A stretch of DNA of 64,000 bases from an uncultured delta proteobacterium (GTDB taxonomy: Bacteria; Desulfobacterota; Binatia; UBA9968), in assembly GCA_963755715.1 (NCBI GenBank), contig CAVWLW010000064.1, forward strand, positions 32,001 to 96,000, in the 5' to 3' direction. Below, in pieces: positions 1 to 10,147 of the stretch (positions within the stretch are counted from its first letter, which is position 1; each line of letters begins with the position of its first letter). Both the position numbers and the translations under genes were made by a program. The notes beneath the pieces are model-generated. The model saw only the letters and a list, made by a program, of their open reading frames with translations, had not been told where the DNA came from and made no database searches.

Positions 1-401
<401 letters not shown>

Positions 402-405
<4 letters not shown>

Positions 406-683
406 GATGAAGTTCCTCTTCGAACTTCGTCATCTATCTGCGCGTCAGCAAGCTCGCTGAGTTGACCCATCTCTTCGAGCAAGCGGTAAGTGCGCGCCGC
501 TTCCTCTTCATCCAACTTACTGATGGCGAAGCCGACATGGACGACGACGTAATCGCCGGCGACCGCCTCGGGGACATACTGCAAGCAGGCCTCGCGCACG
601 ATCCCGCCGAACTGAACCTTGGCCATGCGCAGGCCCTGCGATTCATAGGCGTCGAGAATTTTACCGGGAATACCAAGACACAC
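402..683 (-). CDS. hypC: Hydrogenase chaperone HypC/HupF (copy 1)
   Basis: GTG at 683 gives MCLGIPGK...[20 protein letters not shown], the HypC signature. Confidence 0.95.
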
Positions 684-684
684 T

Positions 685-2964
685 TTACCGACCTCCCGCC
701 ATGACGGCATTGGCGACCGCCGCCTGTCCCAGCGCGATACCGCCGTCGTTGTTGGGAACTTGCCGATTTAGATAAACTTCAAATGCGCTACTTCGCAATG
801 CAGGAACGAGGCGCTCCAGCAGATAGCCGTTCTGAAATGTTCCGCCACTGAGACAGACGAGATTCAAGCCGTCGGTCTCGCGCAGCCGTCGGCATATTAC
901 AACGATGACCGCGACGATAGTGTTATGAAACTTCGCAGCGATCGAGTTAACTGAAACTTTCATTTGAATGTCTAGCACGAGGCGTTCGATCGCGGGACGC
1001 AGATCAATTTCCCAAGGACTGCTGGCGCCGATCTCGAAAGGATAGCTCTCCGAGATTCCTTCGCGCACAGCCATTTCAAGTTCGATGGCTGCCTGTCCTT
1101 CGTAATTTACCTCATGGCGTAGACCCATTATCGAAGCGACCGCGTCGAACAGCCGTCCACAGGACGATGTCTGGACCGTGTTCAGCCCCCGTTGGATCAT
1201 CGACGTAACCATCTCGATTTTCTTTTCCGCAACTCGGTCCCAACCAGGAAGCCCTAAGAAAAGCGGATCTGCGCCCAGAGCGTCGCGCAGATAACTGAGC
1301 GCCATGCGCCAAGGCTCGCGAATCGCTCTATCGCCACCCGCCAGAGGGACACAGCGTAAGTGCGCCCGGCGCTCATAGCCGGCAAGCCTTGTTACGAGAA
1401 ATTCTCCGCCCCAAATCGTGCCGTCCCCGCCGTAGCCAAGACCGTCGAAGGCGACACCGATGACGGGACCGTTTAGGCCGTGCTCGGCCATGCAGCTTGC
1501 GATATGGGCATGATGGTGTTGCACGGCGATCTTGGTGAGTCCATGAATTCCGACGGCGTATTTGGTGGAGAGGTATTCGGGGTGGAGATCATGGGCGATC
1601 ACGGCGGGCTCGACGGCGAAGAGATTTTTGAAATGTGCAATGCCATCCACGAAAGACTTCAACGTCTCGTAGTTTTCCAGGTCGCCGATATGGTGGCTCA
1701 TGAAGGCATGGCGCTCTTTACCCAGGCAAAAGGTGTTCTTGAGATGAGCGCCGCAGGCGAGCACCGGTTGAACGAATGGCGCGCTCATGAAAATCGGCTG
1801 CGGCGCATAGCCGCGCGAGCGGCGGATGATCAATTCGCGCCGGTCGATCGTGCGTGCAACGGAATCGTCACAGCGCATGTGAATCTGCCGGTCGTGGACC
1901 AGGAAATAGTCGGCGATTTGTTCAAGCCGGCCAAGGGCATCGTCATCCCTGTATGCGATCGGCTCTTCACTCAAATTGCCGCTGGTCATCACCCATATCA
2001 TGTCCGAATCCGCAAGCAGCAGATGATGCAATGGGGTATAAGGCAACATAAAACCGAGTTGCCGTTGGCCGGGCGCGACTGCGTCGCCGATCGGAATGTC
2101 TTCATGTTTACGCAGGAGCACGATCGGTCGTTGCAGCGAAGACAACAGCCTCTCGTCTTCGAGCGCGACAATGCAGAACTTCCTCACCGCGTTCAAATCG
2201 CGCGCCATCAAAGCGAACGGCTTGTCCTCACGATGCTTCCGCGCTCTCAGCCGGCGCACGGCGTCATGATCGAGCGCGTTACATGCGAGGTGGTAACCGC
2301 CCAGACCTTTCACCGCGAGAATCGCGCCCTGGCTCAGTAATTGCGCGGCGGCAAAGACCGCATCAGGCTCGGCGCTCTCGCGACCTTGAAAATCGAGCAA
2401 CCGAACCCGCGGGCCACAGCGCGGACAAGCATTCGGCTGTGCATGAAAGCGACGATTGGCCGGATCGTGATATTCCCGCGCGCAATCGGCGCACATCTTA
2501 AAGCACTCCATGGTTGTGCGCTCGCGATCGTAGGGAACGTCCTTGATAATCGTGAAGCGCGGACCGCAGTTGGTACAATTTATAAATGGATAACGGTAGC
2601 GCCGGTCGCTTGGATCGAAGAGTTCCTTAAAGCAATCCTCGCAGGTCGGTGTGTCTGGAGACATCAAAACGTTCCGTTGCTCGTCGCCGTGGCTGGTGAC
2701 GATCTTAAACTCAGATTCGCCCGTGGGCGGGACAATCGAACAATCGATGTTTTCGATGCGGGCAAGAGGCGGCGGCGCTTCCGTCAACACCGCTAGAAAG
2801 CCATCCAGCGCCGCCTGCTCGCCTTCGAGCTCGATAGTTACGCCTGCTGTGTCATTGAGAACGAACCCCGCCAAACCGTTCTTGAGCGCCAACCCGTGAA
2901 CGAAGGGCCGAAAGCCTACTCCTTGCACGACGCCCGCGACGGTAATGTGCCGGCGCTCGGTCAT
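685..2964 (-). CDS. hypF: Carbamoyltransferase HypF
   Basis: Acylphosphatase domain (GVVQGVGFRPFV), zinc fingers (CxxC...CTNCGPR, CPRCGP), KGLGGYHLAC, QHHHAH and DGG motifs. Start moved to ATG 2964 after GAGGA (alternative 2976). Confidence 0.97.
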   Translation of the reverse strand: MTERRHITVAGVVQGVGFRPFVHGLALKNGLAGFVLNDTAGVTIELEGEQAALDGFLAVLTEAPPPLARIENIDCSIVPPTGESEFKIVTSHGDEQRNVLMSPDTPTCEDCFKELFDPSDRRYRYPFINCTNCGPRFTIIKDVPYDRERTTMECFKMCADCAREYHDPANRRFHAQPNACPRCGPRVRLLDFQGRESAEPDAVFAAAQLLSQGAILAVKGLGGYHLACNALDHDAVRRLRARKHREDKPFALMARDLNAVRKFCIVALEDERLLSSLQRPIVLLRKHEDIPIGDAVAPGQRQLGFMLPYTPLHHLLLADSDMIWVMTSGNLSEEPIAYRDDDALGRLEQIADYFLVHDRQIHMRCDDSVARTIDRRELIIRRSRGYAPQPIFMSAPFVQPVLACGAHLKNTFCLGKERHAFMSHHIGDLENYETLKSFVDGIAHFKNLFAVEPAVIAHDLHPEYLSTKYAVGIHGLTKIAVQHHHAHIASCMAEHGLNGPVIGVAFDGLGYGGDGTIWGGEFLVTRLAGYERRAHLRCVPLAGGDRAIREPWRMALSYLRDALGADPLFLGLPGWDRVAEKKIEMVTSMIQRGLNTVQTSSCGRLFDAVASIMGLRHEVNYEGQAAIELEMAVREGISESYPFEIGASSPWEIDLRPAIERLVLDIQMKVSVNSIAAKFHNTIVAVIVVICRRLRETDGLNLVCLSGGTFQNGYLLERLVPALRSSAFEVYLNRQVPNNDGGIALGQAAVANAVMAGGR

Positions 2965-2972
2965 GGCGATCC

Positions 2973-3245
2973 TCATCCTCCGGGATCCGCCATTTCCGCC
3001 AGCGGCAGCACTTGATACGTCGAGAAATTGAAAACCGGCGACATCGCGAGCAACCGATCCAACTCTTCGTTCGACTCGACATTGTAGATCCAGGCGCCGC
3101 CGTGACTGCCGACGACGTGATAGCGGCACTCGAGCTTGCCTTCGGCTTCAAGCTTCTTGCCGTACTTGGATTGATCCATGACCGCGGCCATCATTTGCGG
3201 ACTGATTCGGCTCACTTCCAGATGCCAGAGCACGAGAAACTTCAT
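2973..3245 (-). CDS. Muconolactone delta-isomerase-like (dimeric alpha/beta barrel) small protein
   Basis: 90 aa, MKFLV...GKL...YHVVG...IYNVESNEELDRLLAMSP...YQVLPLA, resembling the MIase/DUF3303 pattern. Tightly packed between hypC and hypF. Confidence 0.6.
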   Translation of the reverse strand: MKFLVLWHLEVSRISPQMMAAVMDQSKYGKKLEAEGKLECRYHVVGSHGGAWIYNVESNEELDRLLAMSPVFNFSTYQVLPLAEMADPGG

Positions 3246-3248
3246 GAA

Positions 3249-3545
3249 TCAGTCTTCGTCTTTGAATTCATTTTTGAGGTCATCTTCGTCCCATCCCGGC
3301 GGCAATTCATTGGTGAACGCTTCGCCCATTCCCGTTAAAAATTCCATGGACGCTTTCGCCTCATTCTCCTGCATTTTCGCAATGGCAAAGCCGACGTGGA
3401 TGAGCACCCAGTCGCCGCAAGCCAAACCTTCTTTCTCGACCATGCCGATGTTGATCACGCGTTCCGAGCCGAAGACGCTTACGCGCGCCAGGTCCCTGGG
3501 TTCCCGGAGAATTTCGATGATCTGCCCGGCGATTCCGAGACACAT
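3249..3545 (-). CDS. hypC: Hydrogenase chaperone HypC/HybG (copy 2) with acidic tail
   Basis: MCLGIAGQI...GDWVLIHVGFAI, ending WDEDDLKNEFKDED. Confidence 0.92.
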   Translation of the reverse strand: MCLGIAGQIIEILREPRDLARVSVFGSERVINIGMVEKEGLACGDWVLIHVGFAIAKMQENEAKASMEFLTGMGEAFTNELPPGWDEDDLKNEFKDED

Positions 3546-3556
3546 GCCGTTACTCC

Positions 3557-3910
3557 TTAAGCGCGGTCACTGCTCGCTGCGTCGTACTCGATGGACTCCA
3601 AAATAAGCTCGTCGCCTCCCGCTAGATCGAGGTCGACGCCGCTGCAGCTCGCGCACGCGATCGCGAGCTCCTCGCTGTCGAATGTCGCGCCGCACGACCG
3701 GCAAACAACTTTGACCGGAACAACGACAATATCGACAGCCGCGTTATCTGCCTCCGTGCCCTCGGCGGCATGGGCGAAGGCATGGTGAAAAGCCTCTTCG
3801 ACGATTCGGTGCATCACGCCGACGCGAACTTTCACCCGCGCGACGCGCCGGCCGGCGGCGCGCCTCTGTATGGCGTCAACGATTCCGTCGCACATGCCAT
3901 ATTCATGCAT
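3557..3910 (-). CDS. hypA: Nickel metallochaperone HypA
   Basis: MHE N-terminus, two CxxC motifs (CRSC, CASC) and GDELILESIE. Confidence 0.95.
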   Translation of the reverse strand: MHEYGMCDGIVDAIQRRAAGRRVARVKVRVGVMHRIVEEAFHHAFAHAAEGTEADNAAVDIVVVPVKVVCRSCGATFDSEELAIACASCSGVDLDLAGGDELILESIEYDAASSDRA

Positions 3911-3958
3911 GGTTCCTCCGTGCCGCGACCGAGCGCTCCGGGATGGCGCAAAATCTTT

Positions 3959-4486
3959 TCACCCGACGATATCCGAGCTGCGTTTGGCAACGACCTCTTG
4001 CGACATGCGGTCCGCGGCCAGATCGTCGACGACGGAATGAACCAGTCGGACCGCTTCCTCGACGGCGCGGCCAACGGGTTCGCTGAGACCGATCCCGTCG
4101 TCGATAACGAGCGGCTCGCAGCCGACGATCAGCACACGGCGCGGAGATCCTCCCAATGACTTGAGCGTGGCAAAGACCACTTGCGGATCCATGCTATGGG
4201 CGTCCATGGAAGCCGATTGCTGAGCGTCAATGTTGTCCAAGTCCGGTTCGATTAAATAGACCGTGCCCGGCGCTTCTCCGCGCGGCGCGGCATCGATCAA
4301 GATCGTCGTATCGTAGCCGCCATCGAGCATCTCGTAGGCGAGGTGAACACCGCGGATGCCGAAGTCCGCGACTTTCACCCCTTCGGGTAATTCGCTATCG
4401 GCCAGACGCTTCGCAACCTCGACGCCGAAACCGTCGTCCTGGAGAAAAATATTGCCGATGCCGGCGACGAGAATGCATTGGCTCAT
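3959..4486 (-). CDS. Hydrogenase maturation endopeptidase (HyaD/HupD family)
   Basis: ILVAGIGNIFLQDDGFGVEV, DAA and DAH motifs, IVGCEP. Confidence 0.93.
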   Translation of the reverse strand: MSQCILVAGIGNIFLQDDGFGVEVAKRLADSELPEGVKVADFGIRGVHLAYEMLDGGYDTTILIDAAPRGEAPGTVYLIEPDLDNIDAQQSASMDAHSMDPQVVFATLKSLGGSPRRVLIVGCEPLVIDDGIGLSEPVGRAVEEAVRLVHSVVDDLAADRMSQEVVAKRSSDIVG

Positions 4487-4516
4487 CTCGGTTCTCCCAT
4501 TGTCCTATGCCGGAAA

Positions 4517-4648
4517 TTACATGCGGCTGATTTTTATATAGCGGATGATGTCCGGCAGATTTTTAGCCAGCACATAACCAAGGGCTACGAGCGCGACCAT
4601 GCCCAGGAGAGATGGCTTATTACACTCGTTATTGCTTTTGCTCGACAT
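4517..4648 (-). CDS. 43-aa small protein of group 1h hydrogenase clusters (probably membrane-anchored)
   Basis: Manual translation: MSSKSNNECNKPSLLGMVALVALGYVLAKNLPDIIRYIKISRM*. Strong RBS (TAAGGAG), hydrophobic stretch and a PDIxRY..I..M tail. Below the ORF-track size cutoff. Confidence 0.75.
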   Translation of the reverse strand: MSSKSNNECNKPSLLGMVALVALGYVLAKNLPDIIRYIKISRM

Positions 4649-4688
4649 TGTTTCTCCTTACTGCCCTGATCGGCCCGAATAAAGACCA

Positions 4689-6041
4689 TCAGCGCTCCTT
4701 CAACGGTTCCACTTCGTCCGGATAAAAGTAAAGATATCTGCCGTGCCAGCGGTGCAGCTCCGTTGCCGGATCGTCAGCCAGCGCGACCGCGAGATATTGC
4801 TTATCGTCCACATCAGAAAAGACCGCCTCGACCGTCGCGACTCTGCCCTGAAGAAACAAGTCCTGAGCGTCGGCGCGGCGCAATCCCGGTCGCAATCGCA
4901 CGCGGCTGCCCTTCGCCACGGCAACTCCGTCGATCTGGACGTGATCGGTCTCCGGCGACACCGAGTCGTCGGCGGCAGGATTCCACCACGGCACGGTATC
5001 CGTTTGGTTTTCCGGCTTCGCCGCCGACTTCCGCAGGTAACGGACCGCGCCGTGCAAACGTTCGAGGACCTCACCTGGCAAGCTATCGACGCGGTCGATG
5101 ATCGCCGCGGCGCGCGTGTCGGTGGCGCGCGCGGCGCTTTTCTCGTCGTCGGTCAAAGTCATCGTGCGCAGCGCGAGGATCTCGTCAATCTCCGTGGCGT
5201 CGTACATATCGCCGGGGCTTTCCGCCGCGACACAGGGATAATCGTAAAGAATAATCGGCGACGACAGCATCACGTCGCGCTCCCCTTCAGTGCCGACTAA
5301 AACCGGCCAGGTGTGAAGATTTTCGCAGGATGCAGTCGCGGCGCGGGCAAATTCGGGCGGATCGAGAAGCGACAGCAACGCGCCGTCGCGAACCGCTAAA
5401 ATAACATGCGCGCCGGCCAGCGCGTGGCGCAGGGCGCGCGCACGGTTATTTTCCGCTCCCGCCCAGGGCGTCCAATTTTCCACCCGAATGCGTAACTTGA
5501 TGAGACTTCCCCGCCTCTCGCCGCTGACGCGAATGACACCGCTGATCGGGAAACGCTCGCGCACCACGCGCCCGTTTACGATTCCGGATGCCGCCGTGAC
5601 GGCCTCGATGTCCCGGCCCGCAGGAACATCAAAGGGAAACACTTTTTCTGCGCGGCAAATCTCGCCGAGGTCGATTGCCGTTTGATCGATCTCCCGCTCG
5701 ACGCCCTCATCCCACGCGAATAGTTCCTGGCCTTCCACTTCGAGCCTGTCGACAGGGACGAATCCATCTGACGTTCCTGGCGCCGTCTGTTCGACGCTTC
5801 TCGCCTGAATCTGAAGAAACCTCAGGCGCAAATCGAACTCCGGTCGATCGCCGGGTTCGACGAGACACTCGGTCTGGGTCACCCACGGCTCGCCGGCGCC
5901 GTTCTCGCTGTAGTCGCGCGGCATGACCACACCGAACTGCCAGCGCAGCTGATTTTTCGTCGCACTGGCGCGGTAGGGGTAGAGCAAATAACCTTCGTAA
6001 AGCACCGCATTGGCGACTTGCTGAGCCATCTCGAATTTCAT
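4689..6041 (-). CDS. Conserved hypothetical accessory protein of group 1h hydrogenase clusters
   Basis: N-terminal AVLYEGYLLYPYR...NQLRWQFG, LSSPIILYDYP...DATEIDEILALR and C-terminal GRYLYFYPDEVEP, as in actinobacterial hhy clusters. Confidence 0.8.
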   Translation of the reverse strand: MKFEMAQQVANAVLYEGYLLYPYRASATKNQLRWQFGVVMPRDYSENGAGEPWVTQTECLVEPGDRPEFDLRLRFLQIQARSVEQTAPGTSDGFVPVDRLEVEGQELFAWDEGVEREIDQTAIDLGEICRAEKVFPFDVPAGRDIEAVTAASGIVNGRVVRERFPISGVIRVSGERRGSLIKLRIRVENWTPWAGAENNRARALRHALAGAHVILAVRDGALLSLLDPPEFARAATASCENLHTWPVLVGTEGERDVMLSSPIILYDYPCVAAESPGDMYDATEIDEILALRTMTLTDDEKSAARATDTRAAAIIDRVDSLPGEVLERLHGAVRYLRKSAAKPENQTDTVPWWNPAADDSVSPETDHVQIDGVAVAKGSRVRLRPGLRRADAQDLFLQGRVATVEAVFSDVDDKQYLAVALADDPATELHRWHGRYLYFYPDEVEPLKER

Positions 6042-6682
6042 CTTCGGTCCTTATCGACGGCCTCATTAAGCAGAGTTTCGATGGCATCGTCCCAGGTGAG
6101 CAGCGCGTGGCGCCCTTTAAAGCGATATAAAGCATCGAAGCTGTCGCGTCTGAGCCGGATCCATGCGCTGCCGGGAAAATAACGGTCCATCAAATCGCGC
6201 CACAACCGGACCGGCATTCGGTATTTCGCCTCTTTCTCCCAGGGCACCTGCTCGACGCTGAAGCCGAGTTGGCCGCGCGCGAAGATCGACCCGCTGAAAA
6301 GAAACAACAGCGGGACTTCCCCGTCCTCGAGCGCTTCCAAATACTTGGCGGCCACGACTTCGAAATCGTAGGTGCATGTAATCGGCAGGTCGATCACAGT
6401 CGTGCCTTCGAAACCCGGCACCATCAGCGACGCTTGCGTCCACAAAAGTGATCTAAGCGTACCACTCCAGCGATCCGGCGCGCCGAAAAGCTCGATCAGC
6501 AGATCTTCTTCATGATGCGAATAGCGGCGCTGCCGTGGCTCCACTTGGATCTGGCTGCGCAGCGCAATCGCGTGGATCCGCTCCCCCGAGCTCTCCGTGA
6601 TTTGCAGCCGAAACAGCAACGTCGGTATGACCGCATACGGCTCGACCCGGGCATCGATGATCGTGAAAGCAAGCTCGCTCAT
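6038..6682 (-). CDS. Conserved group 1h accessory protein (DUF6084-like)
   Basis: CTYDFEVVAAKYL...DGEVPLLFLFSG...VPWEKE motif and operon position. Confidence 0.75.
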   Translation of the reverse strand: MSELAFTIIDARVEPYAVIPTLLFRLQITESSGERIHAIALRSQIQVEPRQRRYSHHEEDLLIELFGAPDRWSGTLRSLLWTQASLMVPGFEGTTVIDLPITCTYDFEVVAAKYLEALEDGEVPLLFLFSGSIFARGQLGFSVEQVPWEKEAKYRMPVRLWRDLMDRYFPGSAWIRLRRDSFDALYRFKGRHALLTWDDAIETLLNEAVDKDRR

Positions 6683-7332
6683 GCGCTGATCCCCGCCTCC
6701 GCGCTGGTTTCGCCGCTGCGCACGCGCAGGTCGGCAAAAAAGCCGTCGATCTCATTCCAGGCATCTTCGCCGCCATCAAATCCCTTCCAGCACCGGCGGA
6801 TACGACCGACCAACTCGTAGCAGGCATCGATCGGAACGATGTAGCAGTCGAAGTTCTCGCGCCGCTTGAGATTGCGCACGAGCAGAGCCTCGACGTCCGC
6901 GCCGAGGGTTTCGAGCGCTGGATTCAGCTTGACCAATTCATCCCAGGTCTCCAGCGCAAGCAACGACTCGGTGGCGCCCGCCGGGCCCGGATAGAAGACC
7001 ACCATGCGGCCCAGCGATGAATTGAAAAAGAAAAATGCGATGCCGACCGGAATTTGCAAACTGTCCCATTGCGCGTCGGTTAGCACCAGCTCGGGAAGAT
7101 TGAGATAACGCGCCGGCACCGCCTTGAATTTCCCTGCCGCCGCGCCGTCGCGGGTAAAGAGCAAGTAACAGGGTCGGCACACACACATAAGGCTCCGGGT
7201 CTCGACGTTGACTACATGCGAATGCGGTTCGGCGATCTCGGCTCGGCAAAATTCGCAGGCACCGGCGGAGCGCGGCCGCGCGCGCGGTTCGACGAAACGT
7301 CTGAGCTTGGTAAGAGGCTGGCTATTCTCCAT
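6679..7332 (-). CDS. Conserved group 1h accessory protein (DUF5947-like, Cys/His zinc-binding)
   Basis: CEFC...HSH...CVCRPC, IPVGIAFFF, YPGPAGATES, PIDACYELVG, WKGFDGG. ATG at 7332 (alternative GTG 7344). Confidence 0.75.
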   Translation of the reverse strand: MENSQPLTKLRRFVEPRARPRSAGACEFCRAEIAEPHSHVVNVETRSLMCVCRPCYLLFTRDGAAAGKFKAVPARYLNLPELVLTDAQWDSLQIPVGIAFFFFNSSLGRMVVFYPGPAGATESLLALETWDELVKLNPALETLGADVEALLVRNLKRRENFDCYIVPIDACYELVGRIRRCWKGFDGGEDAWNEIDGFFADLRVRSGETSAEAGISA

Positions 7333-7356
7333 GCGGGCGCTCACGGTATCGGTTGC

Positions 7357-8244
7357 TCAAGACGATATCGCCGGAATGGCGATGCGAATTTCACTCTGCT
7401 GCGCGAGCAGCGGCAACGGCGCCATATGCAGATCGCCCCCGTCCGTGCATTGGCCGGCGCGCCGCACGTCGTAACGGCGCCCGCAGGTAGAACAGGTCAA
7501 AAAATTTCCCCGTAAGGAATTTTCGCGCAGCGCGACACCACAGGCTGGGCACGAATCCTGATACGCATAGAAAGTCTCGCCTACCCTGCAAACAAGGACG
7601 TTCATCCCGCCCAGTGCAGTGGCAGCGAGATTGCTATGAGCGAACTCAGGCAACTGGCCGAGCGCATGCCATTCTCCCGACGGAACACGACCTTCTTCCG
7701 TCTGCGCTGGATCGTTTTTAGAAATTTTATTTCCTGAAGAGGCGGCCGGCGCGACGTCGGTCGCGCCCTCGACTTCGATGCGTGCCACCTCGGGCGCGGC
7801 TTCTTCGATCGCCTTCTCGACCGCCAGCTTCATGGTGATCGTCGAAGATGGACAACCGTGGCAGCTTCCCTCCAAACGCAAATAGGCGACGCCATCGGCG
7901 ACGCGCACGAGCTTGACATCCCCGCCGTGCGAGCCCAGATAGGGACGGACGCGATCGAGGGCGCGCAGGATTCTCGTCTTCACATCCAGTGGATGCAAGT
8001 TGTGGAGCACCAGCAGGCTGCCCACGAGGTCATCTGAGCCGAGCCGATCCATAATTTCATCGGATCGGCCCGCTGCATCGACGATGCGCAGGACGCGGTC
8101 GAGCGCTCCGCCATATAATTCCATGAGCAGCCTAACCAACTCTTCGGCCCTTTCGCGCATGCGCGGATCCGCGACCACAGCAAATTCCTCGAGCAACCCA
8201 TCGATACGCTCGCCCACCGCGCGCAGATCCTTGGCCTTCGTCAT
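7357..8244 (-). CDS. NifU/NfuA-like Fe-S scaffold fused to a Rieske-like domain
   Basis: VRPYLGSHGGDV...GSCHGCPSS NifU motif and C-terminal CPAC...CSTC. Start moved to ATG 8244 because the longer ORF overlaps hhyL. Confidence 0.85.
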   Translation of the reverse strand: MTKAKDLRAVGERIDGLLEEFAVVADPRMRERAEELVRLLMELYGGALDRVLRIVDAAGRSDEIMDRLGSDDLVGSLLVLHNLHPLDVKTRILRALDRVRPYLGSHGGDVKLVRVADGVAYLRLEGSCHGCPSSTITMKLAVEKAIEEAAPEVARIEVEGATDVAPAASSGNKISKNDPAQTEEGRVPSGEWHALGQLPEFAHSNLAATALGGMNVLVCRVGETFYAYQDSCPACGVALRENSLRGNFLTCSTCGRRYDVRRAGQCTDGGDLHMAPLPLLAQQSEIRIAIPAISS

Positions 8245-8296
8245 TGGCGTGCCCTCGTAATGATTGCTGGTATCGGCCATCGACAGATGCCTTTGC

Positions 8297-10069
8297 TCAT
8301 CCCACTTGGTTGAGCAGCGTCGGCGAATGGCGTTTTTCCAGGACTTTGCCGTTGCCGAGATACATGTGAACGCCGCACGGCAGGCACGGATCGAAACTGC
8401 GCACGGTGCGCATGATATCGATGCCTTTGAATTTGTCTCCGGGTCCATTCTCTTCGAAAATCGGCGAGCCCTGCACCGCGTCTTCGTAAGGCCCGGGCGT
8501 GCCGTAGATGTCGCGCGGATTGCCGTTCCACGGCGTCGGCGGATAGGGGTGATAGTTGGCGATCTTACCGTCACGAATCACCATGTGATGGGAAAGCACG
8601 CCGCGCACCGCTTCGGTGAAGCCGCAGCCGATGGCATCTTTGGGAACCTTGAACGGCTCCCAGGTCTTGGTGTGTCCGGCGCGCACCTCTTTCAGTGCCT
8701 GTTCGACAAAATGCAGCGCCGCAGCGGCTGCGTAAGCTTGGAAATAGGTGCGCGCCCGGTCGCGCTCGATGGTATTGCTCCACTTGGGAATCTTCCATTC
8801 GAAACTGACCTCAGGCTTGGTCGCGGTCTTGGGCAGATTGAAGATCACGCTGGTCCCGGTCGCCTTCACGTAGCCGATATCAACCAGTCCGGCCAGCGCG
8901 GTGACCCACAAACGGGCGAGCGGTCCGCCGCCGGTATCGAGCGCGAGATGATCCTTGCCGTCGTACCAACGCGGCGACATCACCCAACTATACTTGTCGT
9001 CAAAGTCTCGTTTCTGCGGTTTTGGAATCGTGTGTTGATTCCAAGGGTGGTGCTCGTCCACCGGATTTCCTAGGGGATCGTTTTTGACGAATATTTCTTT
9101 GCCTTCCCAATTGTCGTAGTACGAATGGCCGAGCAGTATGCGGATACCGAGATTGATCTTGACCAGATCGGTGGTGAGCAGTTTGCCGTCGACCACCACC
9201 CCCGGGGTGACAAACATCTTGCGTCCCCAATCGGTCATATCGCGATAGTTGAAATTGCAATACTCCGGATCTTGCAAACTTCCCCAACAACCGAGCAGAA
9301 CCCGGCGCTCGCCGACTTTTTCGTATCCGGGCATGGCTTCGTAGAAGAAATCGAAAAGATCGTCATGCATCGGCACGACGCGCTTCATGAATTCTACGTA
9401 CCGCATCAAGCGCGTCAGATAGTCCGTGAACAACTGGATCGTCGCAACCGTGCCCACGCCGCCGGGATAGAGCGTCGACGGATGGACATGGCGCCCTTCC
9501 ATCAAACAAAACATTTCGCGGGTCATGCGGCTCATCTGCAGCGCTTCGCGGTAGAATTCGCCTTCCAACGGATTGAGCGACTTCATGATATCGCCGATGG
9601 TGCGATAACCATGGGCGCTCGCATGCGCGGCCTCGGTCTTGGCGGCCTTCTCCCAAACACCAGGATTGGTCTCGCGCACCATCCGTTCGCAGAAATCCAC
9701 GCCGACGAGGTTTTCCTGGAAGATGTTATGATCGAACATATATTCCGCCGCCTCGCCCAAGTTGACGATCCACTCGCCGAGATGCGGCGGCCTGACGCCA
9801 TAGGCCATATTCTGGGTATAGCAAGAGCAGGTGGCGTGATTATCGCCGCAGATGCCGCAGATCCGGCTGGTGATGAAATGCGCGTCGCGCGGATCCTTGC
9901 CTTTCATGAAAATGCTGTAGCCGCGAAAGATCGATGAAGTGCTGTGGCACTCGGCGACCGTGCGTTTGCCGAAGTCGATCTTGGTGTAAATACCCAGGCT
10001 GCCGACGATCCGAGTGATCGGATCCCACGCCATCTCAACGAGGTTGGAATTGGTTTGCGCCGTGGCCAT
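8297..10069 (-). CDS. hhyL: Group 1h [NiFe]-hydrogenase large subunit
   Basis: L1 TSRICGICGDNH and L2 SFDPCLPCGVH match the group 1h signatures. A cleavable C-terminal extension is present. Confidence 0.96.
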   Translation of the reverse strand: MATAQTNSNLVEMAWDPITRIVGSLGIYTKIDFGKRTVAECHSTSSIFRGYSIFMKGKDPRDAHFITSRICGICGDNHATCSCYTQNMAYGVRPPHLGEWIVNLGEAAEYMFDHNIFQENLVGVDFCERMVRETNPGVWEKAAKTEAAHASAHGYRTIGDIMKSLNPLEGEFYREALQMSRMTREMFCLMEGRHVHPSTLYPGGVGTVATIQLFTDYLTRLMRYVEFMKRVVPMHDDLFDFFYEAMPGYEKVGERRVLLGCWGSLQDPEYCNFNYRDMTDWGRKMFVTPGVVVDGKLLTTDLVKINLGIRILLGHSYYDNWEGKEIFVKNDPLGNPVDEHHPWNQHTIPKPQKRDFDDKYSWVMSPRWYDGKDHLALDTGGGPLARLWVTALAGLVDIGYVKATGTSVIFNLPKTATKPEVSFEWKIPKWSNTIERDRARTYFQAYAAAAALHFVEQALKEVRAGHTKTWEPFKVPKDAIGCGFTEAVRGVLSHHMVIRDGKIANYHPYPPTPWNGNPRDIYGTPGPYEDAVQGSPIFEENGPGDKFKGIDIMRTVRSFDPCLPCGVHMYLGNGKVLEKRHSPTLLNQVG

Positions 10070-10147
10070 GTTTTAGCCCTCCTTCACCGTGTTCCTGCGC
10101 CCGTTTGGTTTGGCCGAAGCACCTCTATGGCCTGCGGCTCCTTCTCG

